From: the human T2T-CHM13v2.0 reference genome, Homo sapiens
Assembly: GCF_009914755.1 (NCBI RefSeq)
Contig: NC_060948.1
Direction: 5' to 3' (one strand)
Length of the DNA stretch: 64,000 bases
A program made the translations under genes and the position numbers. Positions 30,800 to 43,424 of the stretch are shown here, piece after piece. Numbering within the stretch: the first letter of the stretch is position 1; every line of letters begins with the position of its first letter. The notes under the pieces are model-generated. The model made no database searches. It was given only the letters and a program-made list of their open reading frames with translations, and was not told the origin of the DNA.

Positions 30800-31650
30800 T
30801 GGCTAAATGCCTGAAAAAAAAGAGAAAGAGGGTGGAGTTTAGAAAGTACTCAAGGAGACGGTAGCTTAAAAATTGCCAATTTTGCCAAGAGACATAAGCC
30901 AACAGATGCAAGAAACTGAGTGAAGGCCAAACAAGGTAAATCTCAAGAAATCCATGCCAAGGCCCTTCTTAATTATACTTCTGAAAACAAAACACACAAA
31001 AAAATTTTGAAAGCAGCCACAGAAAGTAACATTTTACCTCTATGGAACAGATCATTCGAGTAATAAGAAAATAATTACCAGAATAGATGGAGGACAGATG
31101 GAAGTGGCAAGTATTTTTCAGATGCTGAAAAAAAGGAACTATCAACCCAGAACTTCATATCCTGTAAAAATATCCCTTAGGAATGAAAGGGAAATCAGGA
31201 AATTCTCCAATGAAGAAAATCTAACAGAATTTGTCAACAGCAGACCTACCCTAAAATAACTGGTTTAAAGAAGTTCTTTAAATAGAAGGAAATGATAACA
31301 GAATAAACCTTGGAGTGCCAGGAAGGAAAATCAATATGCAAAACTATGGATAAATAAATATGCTCTCCTTCTCATCTGGAATACTCTAAATTGTATTTGA
31401 GGGTTGAACCAAAAATTAGAACATTTCTTTGATATGGTTCTATGAATCTGCTGAAAAATACTTAAGATAATCATAAATGGGGGAAGGTAAAGGGAAGCAA
31501 TGTTTTTGCGTTCACTAAAAGTGATAAAATGGTGACATCAGTAGACTGCAATAGTTATGAATATATCATATAGCACCTAGAAAACATACTAAGGAAGCTT
31601 ATGCAAAGACATAAACTAAAACACTATAGATAAACCAAAATAGAAATAGT
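30800..31650 (+). mobile_element. Old L1M ORF1/inter-ORF fragment
   Basis: CAACCCAGAACTTCATATCC...GAATGAAAGGGAAATC...GAATTTGTCAACAGCAGACCTACCCTA. Confidence 0.75.
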
Positions 31651-32049
31651 ACTATTTTATAAAATTTTAGTACAATATGACAACCAAGATACTGTTGTTT
31701 CTGTAACCATGATGTAGAATATTTCCATCCACACAAAGATCTCTCATGTTGTCCTTTTAAAGCCATACTCACCTTCCTCCTGCCTTTCCCTCCTTAATTT
31801 TCAGCACCCAGTAATTTGTTCTCCAATTCTACAGTACTGCCATTTCAAGGACAATTATGTAAATGTGTACTAAAACACACAGGATTCATCTGTATTCTTT
31901 CTTACAACTACATGATTATAATTATATCAAAATAAAATGTTTAATTAAAATAAGAAAGAATAAAGCTATCAGCAACAACAGCAACCCAAAAAGGACCTTT
32001 AGTGAGATGAACAAATGTACCTGTCACATTCATTAAAATGGTTTATACC

Positions 32050-32345
32050 ATTTTTTTTTCTTTTTTTGAGACGGAGTCTGTCTCTGTCTCCAGGCTGGAG
32101 TACAGTGGTGTGAACTCAGCTAACTGCAACCTCGGACTTCCTCATTTAAGCAATTCTCCTGACTTAGCCTCCAGAGTAGCTGGGATTACAGGCATGTCTC
32201 ACCACACCCAGCTAATTTTTGTATTTTTAGTAGAGACAGGATTTCACCATGTTGGCCAGTAGGGTCTCAATCTCCTGACCACGTGATCCACCCACCTTGG
32301 CCTCCCAATGTGCTGGGATTACAAGTATGAGCCACCACACCCAGC
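32050..32345 (-). mobile_element. AluS (Sc/Sg-like)
   Basis: Antisense Alu flanked by ATACCATTTTTTTT on both sides. Confidence 0.93.
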
Positions 32346-35139
32346 ATACCATTTTTTTTAAACTGTAAGAGGTAATGGCAATTTGATCAGTAATTTGAAA
32401 GATTTTTCTTAACTGTATTTTCCATATTTTGAAAGATGACATTCATAACTAGAAAAATTATACCCCAGTGCATTGAGTAGGCCCAGCCTTATAAGGCAGT
32501 GGAATTATTTATCTTAGCTAAGCTAGTGATACACCAAGAAACTGGTCAACAGTGATGTGCAATTGTCCACTGTTAACAAGTGGAGAGCCACCACCCTTAT
32601 TGTTTGTAAAGCACCTGCCAGAGGAAGGGCTCATGCATGTTAGTGTTGCCATTTTTAATTTCCTGCTTTGTTACAGCAATAGTTCATTAATGAGGCTGTG
32701 CAACATCCTGAATGGAGACCTCAGAGGAGGAGAACTACTTTCTATTTTATCTTCCTCATTAGTCGCTGGTGAATGTGGAATACACAGCCATACATGGTCT
32801 CCCTTTGTTCTTAATGAAGACCTAGGCTGATCCCAATTCACCCTGCATAGCAGGTACCCTTTGCCCACGATGGGATATAGCAGCAGTCATTTCACACTTA
32901 GCCAGGAAACAAATGGACTTAGGAAGAGCTTCCACAATACAGGAGTATGTTAGAAATCAGTGAAGAAACATTCAAATTTGCTTAAAGCTCTCTTTCATAA
33001 TGGAGTGAGCTCCTTGGAGAATGAGGAATGGGATACAAGTATTATTGGTTTAAGCCTTTAAGAAACTTTACATTGAGCCCCTCTCCAGGTTTCCATGACC
33101 ATCTGCAACCATCTTTGTCAGCAATTAACCTGCATTTGTGCTTTAAAGCAAATTAATTTCAAACTCCATCAGTTCCTTGGTTCTCATCTCAATCTATTCC
33201 AAATCTGCCATGTCTCTGTGACTGCTGCACATATTGGAGTTCTGGGGTTTGCAAAGCCCTTCCAGCTCTTTCATTTCCCATTTGTGAATATTCCTCTTTG
33301 TGAATATCTCTTTCAGAGCATGTCTGCAACTCAAACTAGTAGTCATTTGTCTCTCACACATTAGACCATTCTAAAGGCAAGAACATTTTTCCTCATCTTT
33401 CTAGCCCTTATCTTGCCTTCCACATAATAGAATCTCAAAGAATTGGGTTGTAAAAGTTAAGAAAACTCAATAGTTACCTGTTGGCTTGTGTTTTTTTTTG
33501 TGTGTGTGACATCAAAAATGGATCTAGTATCATTCTTCTTCCGTATTAAACTCTCCTGATCATAAGATGTATGCTGAAATGAGCTGATATTACAGAATTA
33601 CTCAACGCCAGAGATTCACAGACTTTTCTGCAAAGGCCCAGACATTTTAGTCCTTTCTGGTCTCTGTTGCAAACATTCATTTCTGCCATTGTTGCATGAA
33701 AGGAGCTGTAGACAATCTGTAAATGAATAGATGAAGTTGCATGTCAACGAAACTTTATTGATAAAACCAGTTGCTATAGGTTGAATTTGTCCCTCAGGTT
33801 GTAGTTTTCCAACCTCTCTAAACCCTTAACAGAAAGGTCTTGCACCATCCTGATGATGCAGAAACAAATGAAAGGTGGATGGAAACTACCCTGACCTTTG
33901 TTTTCTATTCAGGAAATTAAACCACAGGTGTTATTGTTTTTTTTAAAAAAAATGTTGTGCACAATGCCTTGTATCCTAACTACAGTGAACACCATTCCTC
34001 TTGCATTCATTTGCTTTTGTCTTCTCATTTATTACCACAATTTGTTTGTGAATCATTTGTCTTACTCAACAGTTAAATCTAGGGAAATAAGATTAACCAA
34101 ATTCAGAAATGTGGGCTTGGGCTAAAAGTTCTTTTTTTTCCTATATTACAATGAAAGAAATTTTTCCTTGGTTTTCAAAAATTATTATGTTAATCAATTC
34201 ATGTCTTTAGCAGGTGTGAAAGCTAAGGTTTAAGGGGCTATAAGCAGAGTCAGCATCTCATCTACAAACTCATATTAACAGATTGAGACACAGAACACAG
34301 AAAATCATTCTTCATCATCTCAATACTAAAACCATACTCATCTTTCACCTCTAAGGTCCCCTGTCCAAGAAGCAAACAAACAACAACAACAAAAAAAAAC
34401 AAAGAAAGCTGTAGTGAGCTATGATCAGACCACTGCACTCCAGCCAAGGTGACACAGTGGGACCCCATCTCAAAGTAACAAACAAACAAAAAAGACAAGT
34501 CCATTGATCTGACTAGAAGGGCAGTAGTTGAAACTCTTTCCATAAGTTCGTAAGCTTTCTTTTTCATCTGGATAGTTTTCTTTAGTACAGTAGTTAAGTC
34601 ATCTCAGAATGTATTTGAAAATCACATCTTAAAGTTTTTCTCAGACATTAGTTGAGAAAATGTAACCTGGAAAATTTCAATGGGAAAGTTCATAGTGTTT
34701 TGAGATGAGTGGAAAGTTGGGAATTTCTCAGGAACATGCTCCATGTTGGTTGTGCTATCTCGGTTTTTCAGGTTACCCTGACTCTGAGGATGAAACTTCA
34801 AAATCTTCTTGGTCTACAGTGAAAAAGAGCCATGCTGTCAGGGAACTCTGCCTCTTTTCCACATTTTCTCTTTTTTTGTGATGCAGGTTTCAATGAAATC
34901 CACTGATTCACACTCCATCTCTTTGGGTACTGAAATTTGGAGTCACTCTTAAAGTTTCACCAAATTCAAGATAATTTCTAACATTTAGTTGAGACTAGGT
35001 GGCCCTAGAAGATCCTGGAGCAGCATTTTCCACATTGTGCTTTGCAGATCACTAGAGACCCTCAGGGTCATGAAGTGGTCCTTCAAAAGGAGTTTCCTTT
35101 TTCAAATAGTTTGGGATGTGATTGCATAGCAAAGCAGAC

Positions 35140-35952
35140 AATACTCAGTGCAGAGTTGCTGGGTCCAGGTTGGGGAGGAGACAGAACTCAACCCCAGAGG
35201 CAAAGTTTGGTCATGGGACCAAGTTGAGGCATAGCTAAAACAGGGCCAAGGCAGAAGCAGGTTTCCATCAGGCATGTCCACCAGTGTGCCATGTCAGTTA
35301 CCATTGTCACAGCAACATCCAGGAGTTTCCACCCTTTTCCATGGCAATGTCCCAGTGACCCAAAATTTACTACCCCTTCCGTGAAATGTCTGCACAAACT
35401 GCCCTTTAATCTTCAGGAAATTAAAAGCAGCTATGAGCTAGGCACAATGGCTTACACCTGTAATCCTAGCACTTAAGGAGCTTAAGGTGTGCAGATCACT
35501 TGAGGTCAGGAGTTTGAGACCAGCCTGGGCAACATGGTGAAACCCTGTCTCTACTAAAAATACAAAAATTTGCTGGGTGTGGTGGCAGGCATCTGTAATT
35601 CCAGCTACTTGGGAGTCTAAGGCAGGAGAATCATTTGAACTGGGGAGGAGGAGTTTGCAGTTAGCTGAGATTGTGCCACTCACTCCAGCCTGGACCACAG
35701 GGTGAGACTCCATCTCAAAAAAAAAAAAAAAAAAAAAAAAAGTGGAGGGTATAAATGTAACACACTCTGGCTACGGGCTTATCCTATTCTGCAGGAAAAG
35801 TCACAAAGCTGTAACACAGCTGGAGCTGTAACATTGCCTCTTCAGTAAAGCTGTTTTCCTCCACCTGCGGCTTGTCCTTCAATTCTTCCCAGAGCAAAGC
35901 AAAGAACCCACAAGGAATAAGCCCTACTTTGTGGCTCTCCTGCCCTGCATCA
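35140..35952 (+). mobile_element. ERV1 solo LTR, MER41-group-like, split by an AluS (35437-35741)
   Basis: CCATGGCAA repeats, GGGTATAAAT TATA box, AGTAAA poly(A)-like signal, ends CCCTGCATCA. Left boundary uncertain. Confidence 0.6.
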
Positions 35953-36519
35953 TGGGAACTTCTCAAAGATGCAGAGAGATCCTGAAAAATATGACCATGT
36001 TTAACTTTCTTCCAACCAATATCTCCTAAGCCACTGGAACAACACAAGCCATTTGTCTCAGGATGTTCAATAGTACCTCAGCAAGACCAGTGTTTCCTAA
36101 AACACGATAATGGAAAGGCTGCATAACCTCTCCAGTGCTTCTGAAGCTTTGATGCCTATGTCAATGCCTATGTCACGAGGATCTTATGAAAAGGTGGGTC
36201 TGAGTTAGGAAGTCTAGAGTGGGGCTGGAGAGTCTCTGCTTCTGACAAAATCCAAGGTGGGGTTGATGTAGCTAGTTCATGGACACAGAGTTAGTGAAGT
36301 GCTAAGAATCCACCCACTGAAATTGCTCTTTTGCTTCATTGAATCATACCAAGTAAACACACAATGTTGCTCAGCCTTTGTGGCTATTGTCTGAAATCCC
36401 ACCAGGCCTGAGGCTTTAAGTCAAGCCCCAGCTTTCCAGCTGCACATTAGCATCATTTTGAAAGCTTTATAAAAAGCTGAATGACTGATGTCAAAATTAT
36501 GATACTGAAATCTCTTGAG

Positions 36520-37660
36520 ATTCTAGACATTTCAAAATATTGAGACAAAATGTACATAACATTCAATGAACTATTTTAGAGTGTATAATTAAATGGCTTC
36601 TAGTACTTTCACAATGTTGTGCAACCATTATCGCTTTTTTCTTACCCCCAAAAGGAAACCCAGTACCTGTTAGCAGTCATTCCTTATTCCCTGTTCCCAT
36701 CCTCAGACCCCAGCAACCACTAATTTACTTCCTGTGTCTATGGCTTTTCTTATTCTGAATATTTCATATAAATAGAGTGATACAATATATGGTCTTTTGT
36801 GCCTAGCTTATTTCACTTAATCTAGCTGTTTCACTTAATCTGTATTGTAGCATATACCAGTAGTTTATTTCTGTTTATGGCTGGATACTATTAAACTCTA
36901 TAGATACACCACATTTGTTTATCCACTACTCTGTTGATATACATTTGGTTGTTTCCAAATGTGATTATTGTGAAGAGTCCTGATATTAGTATTCAAACAA
37001 CAGAAGCTGTTTGTCTTTACATGTCTTCGGACACCTGTTTTTAAAATTTAGGGGCATAGATAGATAGATAGATAATAGATGTGTGTGTGTACATATACAT
37101 ACACACATAAACACACACACACACACACACACATATTCATGGATGCCTGGGAGTGTAATTTCTGGTTCATATCGTACCATAGACTGAATGTCTCTGTCCT
37201 CCCAAAAGTCATACATACATTGAGATTTCAACCCCGAAGATAGAGCCATAAGAGGTGATTACGTCTTTGGGACGTGATCTAGGTGATGAGGGTGGAGGTG
37301 ATGAGGGGTGATGAGGGAGCCCTTATGAATGGCATTAGTGTCCTTATGAAAAAGGCCCCAGAGAGCTCCCTCACCTCTTCCACCATGTGCCTTCTCCACC
37401 ACACAGCGAGAAGACCCCATCTATGAACCAGGAAGCGGGTTCTCACCAGGCACTGGATCTGCTGGTGTCTTGATCTTTGAGCCTCCAGAGCTGTAAGATG
37501 GAAATGTCTATTGTTTATAAGCCACCCAGCCTATGGCATTTTGTTATGGCAGCCAGAGAGGACTAAGACGTACGGTAACTCCATTTTCACCTTACTGAGG
37601 AAATGACAAACCCTTTTTTCATGGTGACTGTGCCATTTTACATTCTCACTGGAGAATGTC
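36520..37660 (-). mobile_element. Old L1M 3' fragment containing microsatellites (37056-37135) and an MLT1A-like LTR (~37172-37570)
   Basis: TCACAATGTTGTGCAACCATT and CAACCACTAATTTACTT. The MaLR LTR ends TTTGTTATGGCAGCC...GACTAAGAC. Confidence 0.75.
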
Positions 37661-37845
37661 ACTGGACATTTATACCTTTTTAAAGGTTCCCCATTGAGTG
37701 CAATCAACAGCCATTGTGGACCACACTGCCCTGCAAGCAAGGACGACCTTGCTCACACACTGAAAACACATGTATTTAATTCAATGGGGTGCCTGAACCA
37801 ATAGCATCAACATTACCTAGGAACTTGTTAGAAACACAGTTTCTA

Positions 37846-38150
37846 GGCCCAGCACAGTGGTTCACACTTGTAATCTAAGCACCTTGGAAGGCTGAGTTGG
37901 TCAGATTATTTGAGATCAGGAGTTTGAGAGCAGCCTGGTCAACATGACAAAAGCCTATCTCCAATAAAGATACAAAAATTAGCCAGGCATGGTGGGGAGC
38001 CTGTAGTCCCAGGCAGTTGGGAGGCTGAGGCAGGAGAATGGCTTGAACCTGGAGACATAGGTTGCAATGAGCTGAGATTGTGCCACTGCAATCCAGTCTA
38101 GCCAACAGAGCAAGACTCCTTCTCAAAACAAAACAAAACAACAACAACAA
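37846..38150 (+). mobile_element. AluS inside a MER5A-like remnant
   Basis: Two-arm Alu with a (CAAAA)/(CAA) tail. Flanks GGAACTTGTTAGAAA and ACTGAATCAGAAAC. Confidence 0.88.
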
Positions 38151-39708
38151 TTTCTTGGTCCCCACCCTGAACTGACTGAATCAGAAACACTGGAGGCAGA
38201 GAGGGGTCACTAACTATTTTATCAAGCCCCCCTCCCACCAAGGAGATTCTATTAAGTTTGAGAACAGATGCTCAATCTATAATTTTATAATTTGCAATAG
38301 TTTCACTTCAGCCTTTATGACATGTGCTTTCTCACATCATATATTATTATTTGAAAACAAAATTTAACATCTACTTGTAATATTTTAATATAAAGCAAGC
38401 CCACTATGTACTTAATCATTATATTTGGGGCCATTTGATTTTTTCCATTTTTTATAAAATACAAATAATACTCAATGAATACTCTTGACAGTAAATATTT
38501 TCACACCTCTCTGAATATTTCCCTTAAATTCAGCATCATGATTACTAAATTATAGAGTTTACACATTTTTATCTTTATGGTGTTTTGGCCACTTCATTCA
38601 GCCTGAACTTTTCCTGTTGATGGAGAACTAATACTTCCATTCATCACAAACTAGGAAGGCAATAAGGGTTATTGGCTATTTTTATTTTATTGCAAATACT
38701 GCTGGATTACCAATTCATTCTCGTTTAATTTTCCTCTCAAGCCAGGAGAAAGAGATAATGTATATATTAATTATATACATTATATAATTATATACATTAA
38801 TTATAGTCTCACTGGTTCCTTGCTACTTATGATGCTTTGCCCAGCTTTTTATTTCTAAGTCCTTGTTTCTTTACATACATCTAAACCATGACACTACCCT
38901 ACCTACTTCATGGTATAGAAAATAATGATAGAACTTGTGCAGAAAGCCCTTTGTAACTGCTGAGCACAATATAACATGTGAGGTACTTTTATAACTATAC
39001 TCAATGCTGTGAAAATTTCACACACAGAGGACCTCTGCAATGGAAAATCCTCATTTTCTTTGAGCCAAGACTTTCATCAGCCTGGCCTAAGCTGTATTCT
39101 GAATTCCTAAGGGATCTGCAGAAGCTTTAGTATTCACATACGCATATTTGGTGACTATATTAATACACTACCTAAATTTCTGGGATTTGATTCACTTTAG
39201 GTAGAATTTGTAAATAGTGTGTTTCTGGCTTATTTTTTATTTCTTCCTGCTTTTTTTTTTTTTAAAGTCATGTGCCAATTCCTTTGCATCCATCTTTATG
39301 GAGCTTGCTTCAGCTGCTTTTTGGGGAAGAGGCAGTAGAGAAACAGAAAAACAATCCAACAAACAAGCAGATAGATACAGATAGATAGATAGATACAATG
39401 TAAGATCTATTTGATACTTTCTCTTCCTTTCTGAACCTATATAGCATGGTGTATATTTAAATGGAAACTATAACACCTGCAAGAAAACAGGTAATGCTTT
39501 CCATTTTCACCAGTTGAGTGTAAAGAGCCTCAGATTTCTGTCTAAATTAGGACAATTGTAGACTTTGAGAGCTGTAAATGAACAGTAGTCTACTACAGTG
39601 CTTTAATAGCTTCGAAAGATACCTGTCCCCCACAACACACACCCATGCTACAAGTACTTTCTCTTCCAATAAGGATTCACTTTGAAAAGACTGTTTTGAG
39701 ACATATAA

Positions 39709-40304
39709 TGTTATAGGAGTTATTAAGAAATTATTTTAGGCATATAGAGAGGAAAAAGGGTCCTTGGGATGTTTTCATTTATTTTAAAGTAGCTCTAGAA
39801 AGTTTTTTTGTCTAGCAGGAAATCCCTGGCTGTTAGAGCCTGCAGGCAAACTTTGATATGCAAATGCTGACCATGAGACACTGGGTCCACCCAAGCATGA
39901 TGATTCCCATGGTCCTTACCTTGCCCCAACATGTGCCTGGTAATAAGGCCTCTCTCACATATCCACAGGTGCATAGACCATCATGGTGCCATGCATTAGT
40001 ATTTTAAAAAGCTAGGGTGGGAGGGACAGCTTTTTCTCTGGCTACATGAATGACATGTCTGGTCAAACCATATAAGCAGCCACATATCACTCCCCCACCA
40101 CCAGCCCACAACACAGGGTTTCTTTTTGTTGGAATGCCCCCTCCCTCTGTCTCTGTATGGGGCAGCTGTTTTCTCCTTCCTTCCTTCTTTCTTGGCTATT
40201 AAACTTTTCATTCCTTAAAAACACTCCACATGTGTCCATGTTGTTAATCCTATCCACATGAGACCAAGAACATTGGTGTTTCTCCAGTCATTGGAGCCTG
40301 ATCA
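39709..40304 (+). mobile_element. ERV1 solo LTR, MER50-like
   Basis: TG...CA ends, 4-bp TSD ATAA (39705-39708, 40305-40308), ATTAAA poly(A) signal at ~40198, start resembles recalled MER50. Confidence 0.8.
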
Positions 40305-41241
40305 ATAAGAGAAGCTGTTGGTATGCCTTAATTAGGGCAAATGAGAAGAGGGCTGTGGAAACAACTTGACAGATTGCTCATCAGAGCAGAAAGAAGCTTC
40401 TATGTCTTTTCACAGTCACACTGTCCCATTTACATCCCTGAAATATTCTCTTTCCCCAAGAGTTGCTAAGCAGGCAATCCCAAAAGGGGAGACTTGGAAA
40501 CACCGTCTATCTGGAAGAGGACCTACCCCACACTCTGGTAAAGAATAGGGTATCTATACATCCTCAATGAAGAAACTGAGCGGAAAAGCCAGGATGATGA
40601 GGCTTCCAAATTTATTTGCAACCTTAGGCCAAGCTCCCAAGGCCAGCTACCTAAGAACTGCCACTTTGCCCTCTTTGATTTCCAGGGAATTAATACACCC
40701 CAAGTTCAGTTGCATGTCACCTGCAGCCTGGGAGAAACATGGTGACTTGGGGCTCCCTGCAAGAGACATGATGTGTGATTCAGCCCCTTTTGATGCAGTG
40801 CTTAAGGAAATATCAGGGAGCAGAGAGTGAATAATCATTTGCATCCCGGGTGCCACAGGCAGCTTTCCAAGAGGGAGCCTGCAGTAGCCAAGGCTTCCAA
40901 GGAGGCCAGAGACCCCTGTTTAGTTTTGAGCTCAGCATGGGGAAAGAAAGAGAGATAGAGAGAGGAAGAGTGACCATTTCCAACAAAGTAGACAAATGAA
41001 GGGTTAAATAAAAACAGTGGTATCCATGGAAGAATTGGGAGAGCACACTGTCTGGAGCCTTTATTTTATGTTAATCACTCCTGTAGTTGCTACAGCCTCA
41101 GAAAGACACATTTCTTATGCAGACAGTGTTCGTTGTCAAAGGCTGATCAAGGATGCAGGAGTGTGGCCACAAAATGAATTAGCTCTGTGGGTACCAAATG
41201 GAAAAACCAGTTCAAACCAGAGCATGGCACACCAGCTCCAG

Positions 41242-41694
41242 TAAGGGAGGAGACCACCCCTTATATTATCTTCTGCCCAATTTGTGCCTCCAAAGAAAGG
41301 AGAAGTAAAAACTAAAAGGCACAAATAAATCCATAGGCAGACAGCCCAGCACCACACCCTAGGCCTGGGAGTTAAAGATCAACCCCTGACCTATTGGTTA
41401 TGTTATATATAGATTTCAGAATTGTATGGAAAAGCACTCTGAAAATCCCTGTCCTGTTCTGTGCTGATTATCGGTGCATGCAGCCCCCAGTCACATATCC
41501 TCTGCTTGCTCAATCAATCACAAACCTCTCACAAAGAACCCCTTAGACTTATAAGCCCTTAAGAGGTATAGGAATTGCTCACTCAGGGAGCTTGGTTTTA
41601 GAGACATGAGTCTTGCCAATGCTTCCAGCTGAATAAAGCCCTTCCTTCTTTAACTTGGTGTCTGAGGGGTTTTGTCTGTAGCTCATGTTCCTAA
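41242..41694 (+). repeat. HERV-E 5' LTR (LTR2)
   Basis: Starts TAAGGGAGGAGACCACCCC, AATAAA at 41632-41637, aligns end to end with 56615-57072. Confidence 0.95.
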
Positions 41695-41699
41695 TTTCT

Positions 41700-41717
41700 T
41701 GGTTCCCTGACCAGGAA
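41700..41717 (+). promoter_or_regulatory. Primer-binding site, tRNA-Glu
   Basis: TGGTTCCCTGACCAGGAA, one mismatch from the complement of the tRNA-Glu 3' end (TGGTTCCCTGACCGGGAA). Confidence 0.92.
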
Positions 41718-41941
41718 GCAAGGTGATTAACAAACAGTTGAGGAAGCCCCTTAGGCAGCTTAGGCCTTCCCTGTGGAGCATCCCCATGGGGGACTCCAAC
41801 CAGCTTGAACAACACAGATACTGCGAATGCTCACAGGTAGGCAATTGCTCAAACTATAAAATTGTGTGTGTGCCCTCTTTACTTGCTTTTTGTTTTGTGG
41901 TGTGCATGTTGTGTGAGTGTGGTGTTTTGTCTCCAGGAAAC

Positions 41942-43424
41942 AAAGGTCAGGCACAAAATAACCCCATCCCACAAGGAAATATGATGAAAAATGTCAAAAA
42001 GGGATTTAAGGGAGACTATGGAGTTACTATGATGCCAGGAAAACTTAGAACTTTGTGTGAGATAGACAGGCCAGCATTAGAAGTGGATTGGCCATAAGAA
42101 GGAAGCCTGGACTGGTCCCTTGTCTTGAGGATATGGCACAGGGTAATCTGTAAGCCAGGGCACCCAGATCAGTTCCCATATATAGATTCTTGGTTACAAC
42201 TGGTTTTAGATCCCCCACAATTTTTAAGAGGATAGGCAGCAGCAGTACTAGTAGCAAAGGGACAGTTAGTTAAGGAAGGCTTTTGCTCCACCCACCAAGG
42301 GAAGTTGGTACCAAAAGTCCTGTCCAACCCAACAGCAGAAGAATCATGGCAGGAATTGGTACCAGCAGTGCCCCGTCCTTATCAAGAGGGAGGGCTTCAC
42401 ACTCCTGAACCCACAGCACCTCCATGTCCACCAGATATCCACACTCCTAGACCACCAAGAGTAGACAAAAGAGGAAGTGAAGCCATGGGAGAAACTCCTC
42501 CCTTGGCAGCTCACTTATGGCCCAAGGCTAGAATCCAAATGCCCCTGAGAGAGCAGCAATATATTTGGGTAGATGAGGAGAGACACATGGTGGAAAGGCA
42601 TGCCTTTATGTATCAACCTTTCACCTCTGCTGACCTCAATTGGAAGAATAATACTCCTTCTTACACCAAAAAGTCTCAAGCTTTAATTGACTTGCTCCAA
42701 ACTATTATATAGACTGACAATCCTACTTGGGCTGATTGCTACCAGCTGCTCAGCTGCCAGGAACAGACCCCCAATGGGACCCAATCAAGGGACCAAACAT
42801 GGAAAGGCTAAGATGGTACCATGAGGCATTAATAGAAGATCAAAGAAGGGGTTTCAAAAGGCTACAAATGTAAATAAGGTCTCTGAGGTCATCCAAGGAA
42901 AAGAGGAGAGTCCAGCGCAATTCTATGAAAGACTGTGTGAGGCTTACCGTATGTACACTCCTTTTGATCTAGATAGCCCTGAAAATCAGCGCATGATTAA
43001 CATGGCCTTAGCTAGTCAAAGTGCAGAAGATATCAGGAGAAAACTGCAGAAACAGGCTGGGTTTGCATGTATGAATACCTCGCAGTTACTGGAAATAGCC
43101 AATTAAGTGTTTCTGAATAGAGATTCAACAAGCCGCAGAGAAAGCTGTAAGGAAGACGAATGTCAGGCTAGGTGAAATGCTGACTTACTGGCTGTGGCCA
43201 CTAGGGGAATTCCCCCAAAAGAAGAGGGAAAAGGGGGTTCTGGGAAGGATACCCAGTCTAATTGCCCACACTTGCAATGTAACCAATGTGACTATTGTAA
43301 TGAAATAGAACATTGGAAAGATAAGTGTCCCCAAGTGAAGGAAAAGTAATGTGATTCAGAACAAAAGACCTCAGCTAAAGATGAGGGAGCTTTTTTCAAT
43401 CTGGCTGAAGGGCTATTAGACTGA
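41942..43424 (+). pseudogene. gag: HERV-E gag, disrupted
   Basis: KKGFKGDYGVTMMPGKLRTLCEID (matrix), YQPFTSADLNWKNNTPSY (capsid), zinc knuckle CDYCNEIEHWKDKC at ~43288-43330. Start ATG lost, with stops and frameshifts. Confidence 0.9.

Noticed and set aside
35377-35385. GAS-like TTCCGTGAA in the MER41-like LTR
   Set aside because: A single short motif expected by chance, and the subfamily assignment is uncertain.
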